From contig JBITNC010000001.1 of assembly GCA_050084985.1 (NCBI GenBank), positions 79,174,001-79,238,000 of the forward strand: DNA of 64,000 nt, written 5' to 3'. The notes below the pieces were generated by a model. It was not told the origin of the DNA, made no database searches, and worked only from the letters and a program-made list of their open reading frames with translations. Position 1 is the first letter of the stretch. Every line of letters starts with the position of its first letter. A program made the position numbers and the translations under genes. The DNA is from Nageia nagi. Lineage: Eukaryota > Plantae > Pinophyta. Shown piece by piece: positions 1 through 13,448 of this stretch.

Positions 1-1768
1 CATTAACATTATACAGTTTACATTGGTGCTACATTGATGCTGCATAATTTATCAAAGCCAAAAATGACAAGTTGCAATACCTCATAACATCTCAATTCAT
101 TTAACAAAGTTTCAAATTGATAATGCAAAATAGTGTTTGAGGTTTTATGATCTCAAAATGTACAAGTGCGATTGGCTTCAGTGCCATTGGCTCGAAAATG
201 ACATCTTAGAAATGTGCAACTGGAAATAATTTAATATAAGATAAAGGTCCGTGCAAACATCTTATTGCGATGTTTTAACATGTAGACATGTCTTCACTCC
301 TGTAAGATAAAACTCCTGCAAGATGCATAGATTTATATATTGAATGTCAAACGGCTCAAGTGAATATAAATTAACTGACACATTTGCAAATATGCACATC
401 TCCTGAAGCCACCTATTTTTCTTAAATTGCTATAACTATTTCAGTTTTATATTCTATTCAAGAGCAGAATATCTATAGCAAAAATCCAGCTATTTTCAAA
501 GGAAAATGAGAAGTGGATAGTTTTTCTTGATTTAGAATTCATAAATCTAATTTTATTGAGATTTCACCATTACGACAAAATCACAGCATAAATTTGTGTC
601 TATATTTTGTATATAGATAAATAAAGATTGTATTTTCTGTACATATAGAGATATAACATAAGCTCCCAAATCATTTATACATTTGAACTTCGATTGTTTC
701 AACATCTAGTAATAGCAGTAACACTACTAATCAACATCTTAACCAATTGGATGAATGCCAGGGATGTGTATTAGAAGCATTCTAGCACCCTGTCCAACAA
801 GCATTATCAACCTAAGCTAGCATTAATGAATGGCAAGGTTGTATTACATAACACAATTTATTTGGACAAATCCGATTTATTTATTTATAGAACAATATAG
901 TGCAACAGTAATACATCAATGAAACATATCATGGAACAAAACCCTAGGCTGCTATGCTTGAAACCCAATATCTCAGGGTAAGTAGAAATCTGTGGCACTA
1001 AAAACAAGTCATACTCTTTTGTGAGCAGATACATTTATGAAACCCTTTTCAAGTTTGTTTTAAATACAATTTTTCTCGTGGATTGAACAATTGGTACTGA
1101 GTTACACATTAATCTCCACAAACATAAACAGAAGTTTCTCATTGATCGAACAATTGGCACTTAGTTACACATTAATCTCCAAAGATAACAGAAGTTCCAT
1201 CTTTTTTCCAGTTCTGATGTAACGAAATCCAAAAATAACCCACTTCAAAAATGCATGCTAATACATTTGACAATGATAGACTAAGAATATAAATATAGTA
1301 AGTCCTCTGCTTACTACAGCAATCATATGCTCAAATTTCACATTTCTGAACGCAATTAGCCTTATGACTCTTTCTAAGGACTCAAAAATAACAACCATTT
1401 TCTATAAACTATAGAGATCCATCTTCCAAATGTTCCACCCATGTGGCATCTATAATGCAAAGAAATGGAACTTGATGCTTTTAATATCTGATGGGTAGAC
1501 TGCACATAATCATAACAAAAAACAGGACCAGAGTATTTTTTCCTGGAAATTTTCAAGAAGTGGCTTCACTGTTACATGGTTCCTCCCAATCATGATGACT
1601 TGCATGCTCTGGTGGAAATCTTCTTCTTTAAATTTCAATTGATATTTTGAATTATTGTTATGGATACACTCTTCTGGAGCTTGTGGGTTCGCAAACTCCA
1701 TTGTTGCCTATTGAAGCTGTGTCCTGCAACATGTTCAGAAGGGCTCAATGCTCTGTATGGAATCTTTG

Positions 1769-1918
1769 CTAGACTACATGTACCCATGGCCCCCCGCACA
1801 TTGGACAACCATAAGCCCATCGTCCTATCCACCACAATTCAATACTACTGTTTTGATTAGCTGAGATTGAAGAGTTGGGTACAGCCAATGCAGATGTCTG
1901 CCGTCCACACCTTAGACA
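1769..1918 (-). CDS. MED16: Mediator subunit 16, terminal coding exon (C-terminal Cys-rich motif)
   Basis: Encodes CLRCGRQTSA...WWIGRWAYGCPMCGGPWVHVV*, matching the plant MED16/SFR6 C-terminus (CIRCLRQTSA...CPMCGGTWVRVV). Acceptor ag at 1920-1919; TAG stop at 1771-1769. Confidence 0.95.
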   Translation of the reverse strand, partial: CLRCGRQTSALAVPNSSISANQNSSIELWWIGRWAYGCPMCGGPWVHVV

Positions 1919-2150
1919 CTGCATTACATCATAATAAAAACCAAGTGAATACAGATACATAGATCTTCTCCAACTTACAGTAGTTCCATCTCTCTCATGC
2001 AAGGATTACCCATACACCATAGGATGTATTCGTAAAGGTTATTATCATCCTACTACAATGTGAACTTGATATTGCATCCACATAAAAACAATACACAATG
2101 TATATGGATAAGGAAATAACATGAAAACAAAAATAGTTAAGTCATCGCAC

Positions 2151-2540
2151 CTTGTGCCACACTCCATGTAAACCTGTTTTCCATGATGCAGTAATAACAT
2201 CCCTTCGTGATCCCATTAGTCCCAAATATGCTCCCTTTCCTACTGCTGTCTTCTGACCAAATGCTGCATCCCTCTCAGAAAACCTCCGTTTCCTTGGCCA
2301 TAGTCCTTTTACACCCTGATAATCACCTGGAAATATTCCTGTTGCAGAATCCGAGATGCCAGATGGAGGAACTAAAGTTGTGCCTATATTTTGTTCATCC
2401 AAGCTGGCTTGTAGGTCTCTTAGATCCGACCAAGGTCCACCAAACATATTGCGTTTATGCCAATCTTCTGCAGGAGGATGAAGTTCTAACTCACGAAGCA
2501 ATAATCCTGCAGCATCTGCACCTCGTGGTCGAGGTAAAAT
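2151..2540 (-). CDS. MED16: MED16 internal exon
   Basis: ILPRPRGADAAGLLLRELELHPPAEDWH...LWPRKRRFSERDAAFG...WKTGLHGVWHK. AG/GT boundaries, 390 nt, phase 0/0. Confidence 0.95.
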
Positions 2541-2644
2541 CTGAAGGAGAAGCACAACACTCAGTACTAAGATTAAGTAGGATTGCGAATCAGAGAATGT
2601 CATCAAATACTAAGTACTACCTGCTTATGTGATTCAAATTTTAC

Positions 2645-2821
2645 CTGCATATAAGGTCCAAGTGATGCTTCTACCACTTCCGGTGCAACTGTGTACTGCC
2701 CATCTATGTAATGCAAACGTACATTTGCATTGGCAGCCCCAACTTGGGATTTGGGTAAAGGGTGTGCCAACTGCGATGTCCTCTTACAAAGGTCCGCAAG
2801 GACAACAAAAAGAACCTTTAC
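2645..2821 (-). CDS. MED16: MED16 internal exon
   Basis: Manual translation VKVLFVVLADLCKRTSQLAHPLPKSQVG...VRLHYIDGQYTVAPEVVEASLGPYMQ. 177 nt, AG/GT boundaries; absent from the ORF track. Confidence 0.93.
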
Positions 2822-4235
2822 CTGAAATGCATTTTGGTAAAATTTAACTGTGAAAAGCTTATTCTATCATCCAGTCATTGGCTAGTATAGGAAAGCATTG
2901 CCCATCACTTTGCTCAATATTTTTCTATTATATCATACAACTTACGAAAAGCCAGTAAGCAACAGTTACCATTAAACACAAAACTATTACTAAAAATCAA
3001 CCCAGTAATTTGAATGTGTTCTCCAAAAAATTACAAATACAGCTGATTAAAATAATTCCTTTCCAAATAAAATGCAAGGATATACAATCAAACAAATATT
3101 ATAAGAAATGTGAACATTTTACAATGAAAGAAAAATTAACAATATGGATAAAAGCAGTTATGCACACAAAAAGTGCAATTAACAACCCATCTCTTGCATT
3201 TTTATCTATCGGGTCACTTCCTCAGCCTCATCAATAGATAATGTCAGCACTTGCAAAGGACATGTGACTATGTCTGAAAAAATCATTAATTATTCAAGAA
3301 ATATATTATCACAGCTCTATCATTTTAGCCTTGGTCAAAAAAAACACACCAAAAAATGCTAATGACAAACACCATGTATACATAGTTGCCAAGGGCTCAC
3401 AACAATAGCGCAAATATATTTAAGGAGGTCAATCCCTGCTTTCACTTCATTGTGTTTTGTGTTAGAATAATATATTGTTTAGTGTCGGTTGCCTCATGTA
3501 ACCAAGGTTTTAATTTAGCGTATCTTGTCTTTTAGGCCTTAAGTCCTTACTTGTGGTATAAATGGTCCTGCCTTAGGTAGTTTATACCTTAGACAAAAAC
3601 TAATAATTTGGGAACATTTTAGAAAATAAATAAGCAATCTTCATATCACGTGAATATCAAATAATGCATTTTGTGGTCTCATCCTTGTAAAACATGCAGA
3701 AAAAAGATAAGTAAAGACCAGAAGCTTTTTATCAGTGATTCCTCCTTTTATTACAGTACTTTTAACTGCTTTTATAAGTATTTGCATCTATATATCTATA
3801 TTTACCTGGATTTCAACAGCTATATCCTGATATCCAGAAACCAAAATCCTAGAAGTAAAATTTAACATCAAGAAACTTTACATGGGCTATGGTAGTTTGA
3901 ACTTGAAGTATAAAAAACAATAGATTCAAGTTCAAAACCTAACATAATTATGACTAAGTTATGACAAGATGAACATTCGGATTCAGAATGAGAAAGAATC
4001 CTAAAATAAGTGAAATTTAAATGTCAGTTTGAAGAATAAAAAACAATAGATTCAGGTTCAAATTTTAGTACAATACATAAAAGTTCACAGACAAAGTTGT
4101 GACAAGACATACATTTGGATATAGAACGAGTAACTCAGGTCCAAGTTTATGTTCTACAGTAAGAGTAAATGCAGAATCAAATATAAGACATAACTACCTC
4201 AGCTAAAACACAAACATGTTGAGTCGTAAGCTCAC

Positions 4236-4762
4236 CTCTTCTGCTGTGTATCCTTGACCAGCGTTTCCATTTCCTATACGTGCAGGTCGAGTATTAGATA
4301 TTTCATCTAATCCTTTGAACCCAGAAATCAGTTGTCCAGTTCTCACACCTTGGCCATCTTCAGATTTAACAACTGCTGTGGAAGAGGACCTAGAAGCACC
4401 TTGATTTATTTCTTCAACACTTTTTGTCCCAAAGCTTGACTGTGGCTTTCCTGGCTGCACATCAGAATTCCTCTGTACACCACTCATGTATCGAGGCAGC
4501 TGCCTTCTACGAAAGATCAAACAGAATAACAACAATTGACATAACCTATGTAGGAAATGACAATCTCCAATGAGTCTCACAGCAGGGGTTCCCGGAAATG
4601 TCGCTGTGTCAACACTAAGTGGCAACAAAGGGGCCGGTCCATTAACAGAACTAGTAGATGTAGTTGGACTTCCCTCTGCACTACTGCTAATCTTGGCAAT
4701 AGCACCTTGGACCCAGGCTTTCATTTGTGTATTCCCAGGGTTACTTGTTCCACCAGGAGCTC
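4236..4762 (-). CDS. MED16: MED16 internal exon
   Basis: AWVQGAIAKISS...TFPGTPAVRLIGDCHFLHRLCQLLLFC...GNAGQGYTAEE. 527 nt, phase 1/0. Confidence 0.95.
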
Positions 4763-5087
4763 CTAAATATAAATATAAATAACATAGATGTCAGTGTGAA
4801 ACATTTCTTCCTTCCAATTCAAAGAGTCAAAACAAAAAAACCTAACCACAGCTTGATAATTGCATACAAATTCTTCACACTCATAAGGAAAATATGATAT
4901 TTAACAAATTGAGGACGAGCTACATTCCAGTGTTAAAAGACTTTCATAACATCCTAAGCAAAAATGAAATGCAAATAAATGTATTCTGGTGCATTAACAT
5001 TCGTAACAAAAAACTAGTAGATTGATGCAAAAAGAAAAGAATGTCTGTTTAGTAACACAAAAAAATTGTCCAATCCCTAAAAATAAC

Positions 5088-5265
5088 CTTGACCAGGAGA
5101 TGGAGAAGCCCCTCCAGTCGTTGGGCTCGCACCAATATTGCGATTACTGCCTGCTTTAGCAGATGCTCCAACAGCATGACTAGCTAAAGTGCGACAAAAG
5201 CTAGCATAGCGACGCAATCGAGTAAGAAAATGGGAAGCCAAATCAAGAACAGCATCAACATATGT
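5088..5265 (-). CDS. MED16: MED16 internal exon
   Basis: TYVDAVLDLASHFLTRLRRYASFCRTLASHA. 178 nt, phase 0/1. Confidence 0.95.
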
Positions 5266-6696
5266 CTGCAAAATAGCAGTTGTTCATGGTTAGTTGTTTT
5301 ATAAGTTTAACAAAAGCATAAGATACTCTAAGGAGATACTCCCTCGTATAATTATTTGCACATCATTTTCTCAGAACAGCACAAGTTTATAGCATTCAAC
5401 TTCACATTATATCAATTGACTATGTTATTCTTGATTACTACAGGAGATTTATACAGCCACATATCTGGTAGTGCAACTTATATAAGTGATAACAAATATG
5501 GAATTTGACTAAAACTCACTACTTCGTAAGTATTTTCTGTTTGGTGCATGCTGTAGTTTTGTTAATGCTATGCCATGTGTAATTTACTTACATGCATATA
5601 TGTTAGAAATTGATGGCGTCACATGTTATCTGCTAGCCTACTTATAGATATGTAGCTTTTCCATTTTGAATTAGTAGCCTTGGCAGGCTCCTACAGAGCA
5701 TTGCATCCACAGCTTCCTTTTAATCCCATCTGTACATGGAATCGGACACATTCAGATCATAATAAGCCTAATTGTTTAATATCAAAAGTGAAGCACTGGC
5801 TATTTCTCATGCAAGAGAAATTTCCTGGTGTGAGCTTCCATATGTGGCATGTCAAAGCAAAAGCACAAATTTTTAAATTCTCGAATATCGGGAGTAATCA
5901 TTAGGCACATAATATAGTAAATCTAGTGATGATGAAGCACCTGTAGGAGTGCTTAAGGCGATGATCTGTTTTTCTGAGGACCAACCATAGATCATCAGCA
6001 TTGTGCATATTAAAAGGATAACCCATTCTGCTTTCCCACAAAATTAAGTATATTTGGGCTGCTAGTAGATTCAAGTCAGGTCAACTACTAAATTAGTAAA
6101 ATCTCACTAAACTACAAATCATGCATGCAATATAAGGTGATCTTGAAAGTTTTATGAAAAGTAAAAAGTTAAAACTAATTGGTAGGGATCAATTACAGCT
6201 CTGAGAGTAGAAATCCTAGATAACAGTTCATTGTGCTTTAGTCAAGAGGAAATAACAAAATATTGTTGATGTTTCCTGAAGCGATGTGGAAGAACATCTG
6301 TGTTTTTCGATGGCAGCATATCCTTTCATAATGTTTAGCTATTGTTTAACTAAAACAGACAGTACAAGTGCTCTAAATATATTTCATGATATATAGAATG
6401 ATATTTATGCATCCTCTTAATAAACAATTCTCTCCATTATTTGTGATTAGCTCCTGTTCGGTGCATGGTGTGGTTTTTTCATAGTTATGTAACAGATTTT
6501 CGAGTTTATTAACTACATTCTCATATTCACAAGAAATTAAGCAGCAGAAATGGAATGAATCAGATATCAAGTGGTTTTATTTCAATAGTTCCAATACATT
6601 CCCATTTCAAAAGAATTCAGGAAAGTGTGTCGAAAACAAATTTAACCTAGAATGTTAAAAAGTGTCTTTAAAAAGACCCACAAGATGTGATGTGCA

Positions 6697-7215
6697 AAAA
6701 ACTTGTTGGCAAACTCAGCCTACAAGATCACTAGATAAAGTCATACATAGTCCTACAAATACCATGGTTTTATGCACTATCAAACGTAGGAATGGTTCAT
6801 AGTTACCAACATATATGATGTAGATAAGGTTTCAAGATCTATTTATTCAAGTGCATGAAAGTCCATCTCAAAAAGCATCAAACATTCCACAAGAGGTTGT
6901 CAAAAGAATAAAGTTTTAAAGAAATACCCTTTTAAAACAGAGTATGCATTGAAGAAAAACTTGTTGGCAAACTCAGCCTACAAGATCACTAGATAAAGTC
7001 ATACATAGTCCTACAAATACCATGGCTTTATGCACTATCAAACGTAGGAATGGTTCATAGTTACCAACATATATGATGTAGATAAGGTTTCAAGATCTAT
7101 TTATTCAAGTGCATGAAAGTCCATCTCAAAAAGCATCAAACATTCCACAAGAGGTTGTCAAAAGAATGAAGTTTTAAAGAAATACCCTTTTAAAACAGAG
7201 TATGCATTGAAGAAA
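6697..7215. repeat. Tandem duplication, 2 x 258 bp
   Basis: cttgttggcaaactcagcc... at 6702 and 6960; only ~2 substitutions seen between the copies. Confidence 0.9.
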
Positions 7216-7761
7216 TACTCCATAATATGAGGAAAAAACAATTTTTTTTATTAAAGCCAATCTCTTGCAAATCGGGAATTGAAAAAAGGAAGCCTGCCAA
7301 GATTTGAGAAAACATGCATAAAACTAGCATGAAACAGGCAAACCAACAAAGCTGTAATATGACATAAAACTTATATAGCAAACAAATTTTGTCTGACTGG
7401 ACATCACATTTACATTTTTTCCTCTACAGAATACAATGTAAATAATAGCCCAATAGCAAAGACTTGAACAGGGCATGGATATTGTCGATCCACTTAAGCA
7501 ATTTTGGTTCTCTGATGCCTTGCAAGCATTTTTTCAGAAAGGGAAGGAAAGAACAACATTCATAACAAGAACAAAGCACAACTTCATTTTGCATTTTGCT
7601 ACCGTAGATACATACAACTATACAAGTATCATATCTGCAAAAATGAACATGGTTATTAAATCCCCCTCCTGCAAGGTAGCATAAACTCAATATCTTACAC
7701 AAAACTCACATATCATGCATATAAGAAACATAATGATTTGCCAAAAAGTATAGTAGTTGAC

Positions 7762-7998
7762 CTGTATACTAAGAACAAGAGCTGGATCAACAGTCATTGC
7801 ATCATTCCCAAGAGACCCCAAGGTCTCATTAGAGACCTCCCAAGGATCAGGTATTAGAGTTGCAGGATTCACAAGGGCAGATTCGATGCCTTTTCCCAAC
7901 ATGTCAAGCAGCAGCCTGGCTTGCATATCTAGTACAAGTGCCCTAACATCTTGGGCAACTGTCCCTTCAAATAATCTGCACTTAATTCTATCCATAGC
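7762..7998 (-). CDS. MED16: MED16 internal exon
   Basis: AMDRIKCRLFEGTVAQDVRALVLDMQARLLLDMLGKGIESALVNP...VDPALVLSIQ. 237 nt, phase 0/0. Confidence 0.95.
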
Positions 7999-10887
7999 CT
8001 GTAAAAGGAACCAGATTATTAATTGATAAGTTATGAGCAAAAAGAACTTTAACAAGCACTGAGCTGATAATGAAATACATGTCCAAATCATATAAACGTA
8101 AAAAAAAAGGTAAATTGCAAAGAAACAGAGGAACAGGTGAAAAATGTCAGAAAGGAGACTCATTCATGCTGGGGTAGAAAGAAACAGAAGATAAAATATT
8201 CAAAGGAGGAAGAGGTCAAACAGAAAAAAATGGAGGAAAAGGCGAAGAAGGTAACTCATTAGACAATTCCAGTGAGGACAAGAGGAAAGAAGAAGAAACT
8301 TACAGAGACTGGAAAGAAAAATGAAGCACAGTAGATAAGAGATTTGGAAATGGAGACTCCCAGGAGTAAAGACAGACAACAGGGAAAAGAAAAGAAAATA
8401 CCAAAAACAAGACCTAAACAGATGGTAGTTAAAAGACTGGGGTTCAAGGATTTTCACAACATGCTACTGGCGGAAGCAATAGTGCAAAAGGAGAGAAAAG
8501 TATGCTGGTGGAAAACTTCCCAAAGGATTCACCAGAATTGAAGAAGAGATGGACAAAGATCTACAGAAAATAACACAAGGAGATATTTGGAAACTTTTGT
8601 CTTTAGAGATGAAGATGAACCTGAACTCATACAAATCAGAAGGGTGCTGCCAGAGCACTAACAGATGTACTGAACATCGAAGGTATAATGCTGGGTTTTT
8701 TGCTAAGAACCTATAGTGTTTGTAGTTTTAAATTTTTAATGTTTCAAAGAGGCGAGTACATTGCTGGGGTTTGCAGCGTAGATGCTGGGTTTTGCAGGAA
8801 CGACTACAGATGGAAGACTATTAATCATAAAAATCTACAACTAAACAAAGTTTGGCTTCTATGTTTTGCACAATTTCATTGTAAAATCATTATATACTAT
8901 GCTACTGGTTGGCAAGATATTTCTTAGGAGGAGAACTGTAGGTCATGCTTCGGTTTTCTCCTTTCCAATGTATAGACTTTTTGAGCCTCAATGTAAAGGT
9001 TGCAGGAGAACGTTTCAAAACTCCTAGTTTTTGATTAATACAATTTGGTGGAATTTGTGGTTTGTCAATATTGCCTGCTAAACATTGTAATATGACTGAT
9101 CACTCCAGAAGCATTCAACATCATGTAAGGTTTAATCTACACTAAATGGAAAAAGTTAAAAAAAAATGAAATTTTCTATATTTTGAGCAATAGTTGTTCA
9201 AGGTGGGATACCTCCAGGAGAAGGGCTGATTGATCCTCAAATAAGAAGTTTTTACTTTTGCAGACTACTTCAAAATTAATGTATGTGATTGGAAAAGCTC
9301 AGATGCCAGATCAGAAATTGTTTTGGCATTGAAATCAACTTGGTGGTCAGATTTGAAAGTTATTAGTTGAATAAGTTGAGGAAGCAAGGAATCTCCTCGA
9401 CCTCTCTGCTTGGAACAAAAGCAGTAGAAGATCAAGTCATGGTGCCCCTGCTCCTCATAAATACTGACAAGAAATTTCTTTCTTCCATCTGTACATTACA
9501 TGCATGTCTCCTACCATTCCCAGTCCATCAACCTCTGAAGACTGTAAAAGTTTTTAGGTCCCTATAGAACCCCTTGATCTCAGCCTAACCTTGACAGCAG
9601 CAAATAGATGAAATCCATCCATCATCAGACAGAGAATCATTCAAAACTTTCGATTTTATTCAAGCTTTCCTTTCAACATTGCTAGTTCCTCAGATGCTTA
9701 TGAAATAAGTATATTAAGTATCCTGTGTAAATAATATAAATTTATATACATTCCCATTCTTTTGTAGCATACAAGGCAATCAAGAAGCTTTATCCTCAGG
9801 AAAGTCTCCAAGAGGGAAAAACATACATTTCAATCTTCATCATTCGTAATACATAACATTACCACCATTGTCTCTTGCGGTCCAGTAACAACTTGAAAGG
9901 TCATGTGAGTTCTAGGATTGCTTATCACTATAACTAATCCCCTCTTATAACTTTTTTGTCCTAATAGACATATCATATATGTATATAGAAGGTGTTGGAA
10001 ATATGATCCGAAGAAATATCTCTCATGCGTTATGATGAAAACAAAGACGCATATAGGAGTTACAAAAGCATCACGGAAGTTCAACAAAAATTGGAAGCTG
10101 AAGGGTAATGTACCCAGAATGTATATTATTGTAGATTAGCTTTTTTGTTGTGTGTGCGTGTGATCATATTCTGTGTGTGATACAGTATGTGTGATGTTGC
10201 TCACCTTACTGGGTGTATGGTGCTTCTGTGCACATACCTACATTATTTGTACTGTTAGAGAAATTGAAAGAATTCATTGAAAGCTCCAAATCTGCTGTGT
10301 GTTATCCTGTTGTTAAGTAAATCTCTATTTGAGGTATGTTGCTTCATCTTGCATATTTGTTGTTGCTCAGTGTGTAGTTCCTGCCTAGAACTAATATTTG
10401 AGCTAAGAGAAGGTTAAACCCCGAAAACATATTGTTATAAGTAAACAAGCTCAGATTGCCTTTGTTCTGGGCCTGCTGTCCCAGACTGCCTGAGATCTGA
10501 CGTGTACTAGAAAGTTTTCTGGCTCAGTCAACTAGGCTGGGCAGATTTCATGGTCTGTGATATCATAATTCCACAATTACATCTACAGACTACAAATCAT
10601 GAAAATTTGTCAATCCAGATCAAATGCATACCAAGCAAAAACAGCACAAAACAGTGTTCTTCAAACATCACTGATCAGTGATGGATGAGTTCAATAAATC
10701 AGTGACAAGCGGCAAATGGGGGATCATTGGAGTGCCCACTCACACAACTTCCAGGACAAAATGGACATATGATGATACCAGAAGCAACCAAGCCAACAGG
10801 GAAGCATGTGCTCCTTGCACACTTGGTAAGTAGGTTGATAGCTCTACTATCAAGTGTATTGTAATGGTCAAGTGATAGCTGCTTGAT

Positions 10888-13297
10888 TAAATTTGCAAGT
10901 AGTCCTTATTGAGAGACCATGGTGAATGCATTCGCCAATGTTGGAAGAGGGATCTACCGCAAAGGATTTAAATGGTCCTTTGCTTAAGAATGCAATTGTT
11001 AGCACATGTGCCCTATTAGATGAGCAAAGAAAGAATTGGCGCAAACACGGATACACTATCATATTAGATAAGCAAAGAAATAATTGGCGCAAACACAGAT
11101 ACACTCATCAACTTCATGTTGGCATCAATTGAATCAATTATCTTCTTGAAGTTGGTTGATGCATCCGATAAAGTAAACGATGCACCGTTGCTTTTAAATG
11201 CTTGAGGAAGTGGTGTTGCAAGTGGGTGTGGAGAATATTGTTCAAGTTATGACAAACAACCCTTCAGCATATGTAACTATAGGAAAATGCATGAGAGGAA
11301 GTACCACATCTTATTTTGGAACCCATGCGATTGACCTTACGCTAGAGGTCATTGCAAAGCTTACATGGACTAAAAGTGTGGTTGAAGAAGCAAAAACAAT
11401 TACCAAATTCATCTACAACCACTTGGGTGCTTAGTTTGATGAAAGAGCACACGGGTGGCAAACAGATCATTCATCCAAGTATCATTACATTTGCCTTCAA
11501 TTTTATTGTATTACAAAGCCTCTTCAATGCAGATGCTTCTCTTAAGAGAATGTGTATAGAAGGTCGTCAAGATAGTGTTTGACGACTTCTTCTGGAAGGG
11601 CATTGAGGAGGTCTTGAAGGTAATTTAAATTCGTTCTTTTATGTTTTTCCAGTTTTTTCTTCGTAACTTTGCAAATATGTAGTTTGTATTGTTCTTTACT
11701 TAAATTTAAATTTGAAATCTAAATTTGTTTATTTTTTTCATGATTTCTAGGTCATAGAACCCTGGGTCAAGGTTCTCGTCTTGTCGAAGGTGATTTGTTG
11801 TCGATGAGTTATCTATATGAAGCCATAAATAGGGAAAATGGGGCTATCCAGCATATGTATCGAAGCGATAGAAATAAATTGGATCCCATTGAAAGTATCA
11901 TCGATAAGAGATGGAACCATCATCTCCATCAACCTTTACATGCAACAAGGTACTACTTCAACCCCAAGTTTTTTATGTTGATAATTTTGTGGCTGATGAT
12001 AAGGTTATGGATGGCCTTTATACTTGCATAGAGATGATGATACCTACGGATCACCTCAAAAGACTTTGTCCAAATGAGATGCAGGGCTACAAGAAGGCCA
12101 ATGGGAGGGTTCTTTATTCAGTTATTTGTAAAATGTTAAGGAAAAACTTTAGACCAGGTAATAATTTAAAAATCAATAAAATTATAAAAGCAAGGGTCTT
12201 TTTAGAATTTAGTATTTACATAATATAAAATCTAAATTAAGTTTTTTTAAATGTCATTTCTTTTTTGCAAATTTATGGTTGGAAGATAATGGTGCTCGAT
12301 GCCAACTCTTCAAAGGATGGTAGTAAGGATATAGAGTCAGTATTGTAGCACTTCTAGGTGTGATCGCAATTGGTCCATGTTTGAGAGCGTTCACACCAAG
12401 AGATGCAACAAGTTGAGCCAACAATACCTTCATGACCTTTTCGATGTCCAACTCTTCAAAGGATGGTAGTAAGGATATAGAGTCAGTATTGTAGCACTTC
12501 TAGGTGTGATCGCAATTGGTCCATGTTTGAGAGCGTTCACACCAAGAGATGCAACAAGTTGAGCCAACAATACCTTCATGACCTTGTGTTCGTCCAATAC
12601 AATCTTAGCCTTCATGTCAAACATGTGGAGGACACAGATTCCTATGATGCCATTGAACTTGATTCTAAGGATCCAGTAGTAGAGTGAGTTGCTGAAGATG
12701 TGGAACCTATCTTCACTAAAGACGACATCAAACGACTTGAAAGGGAAGCAACATGTGAAGGTACATCTAGTGCAGCAACTATAGTTCAGATGGAGCTCGA
12801 GGATGAGGATGAGGACGAGAATGAGCATGTATCTAAGGTTAAGGATCCTAATTGAGGATGATGATGTGCCGCTTCATTCTCCACAAAGTGTTGTGAGGAG
12901 TGAGACGAGGACATATACAAGGGCGAGGGGAAAGAGGCCATTGCAACACTAGTAGTTCAAAGTTTAGAGTCTTAGACATTAGAGTCTAGGCTCAGTTTTT
13001 ATTGCAATACTAGGAGTTTAGACTTAGAGTTCAGAAGTTTAGAATTACTTATGACTATATATATATTGTTGTATTTATTACTTTGTATGGTCATTAATGA
13101 TCTCAAACAATCAATGATCATTGCAGCTCTCTAATTCTATATTTTAATATGTTTTTGTATTTTTTTTCATGAAATATTCGTGGTTTGTTTTTGCCAAGTT
13201 TTTGTGCCGAAGTTTTCCCGAGTAATCTCCAAGTTGTCAAGTAGTCTACAATTTTTTCCTAGCCGAGTAGTTCTCAAGTCCAAGCTTTCCAACACTG
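10888..13297 (+). mobile_element. hAT DNA transposon remnant (5'-truncated, degenerate transposase)
   Basis: Fragments VGVENIVQVMTN, HAIDLTLEVI, KTITKFIYNH, RWNHHLHQPLHATRYYFNPKF (DUF659/hAT). 3' terminus ...gtccaagctttccaacactg. Internal 146-bp (12302/12448) and ~48-bp (11013-11100) tandem duplications. Confidence 0.85.
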
Positions 13298-13448
13298 ATT
13301 TAAGCCAACAACCATTTGGAAGCCTAAGAGCATAACAAAAATCATACATTGCTGGTGAAACCAACATGTAGTCACCTAACTTGTGTCCCATGTGGTGTAT
13401 TGATTTGGTTATGGTAGTTGTTTTGATTTGGCATTATATGCTTGTTTC

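Noticed and set aside
8160-10560. Purine-rich ORFs and LTR-like segments
   Set aside because: Probably old repeat debris; no diagnostic motifs or paired termini could be established by eye.
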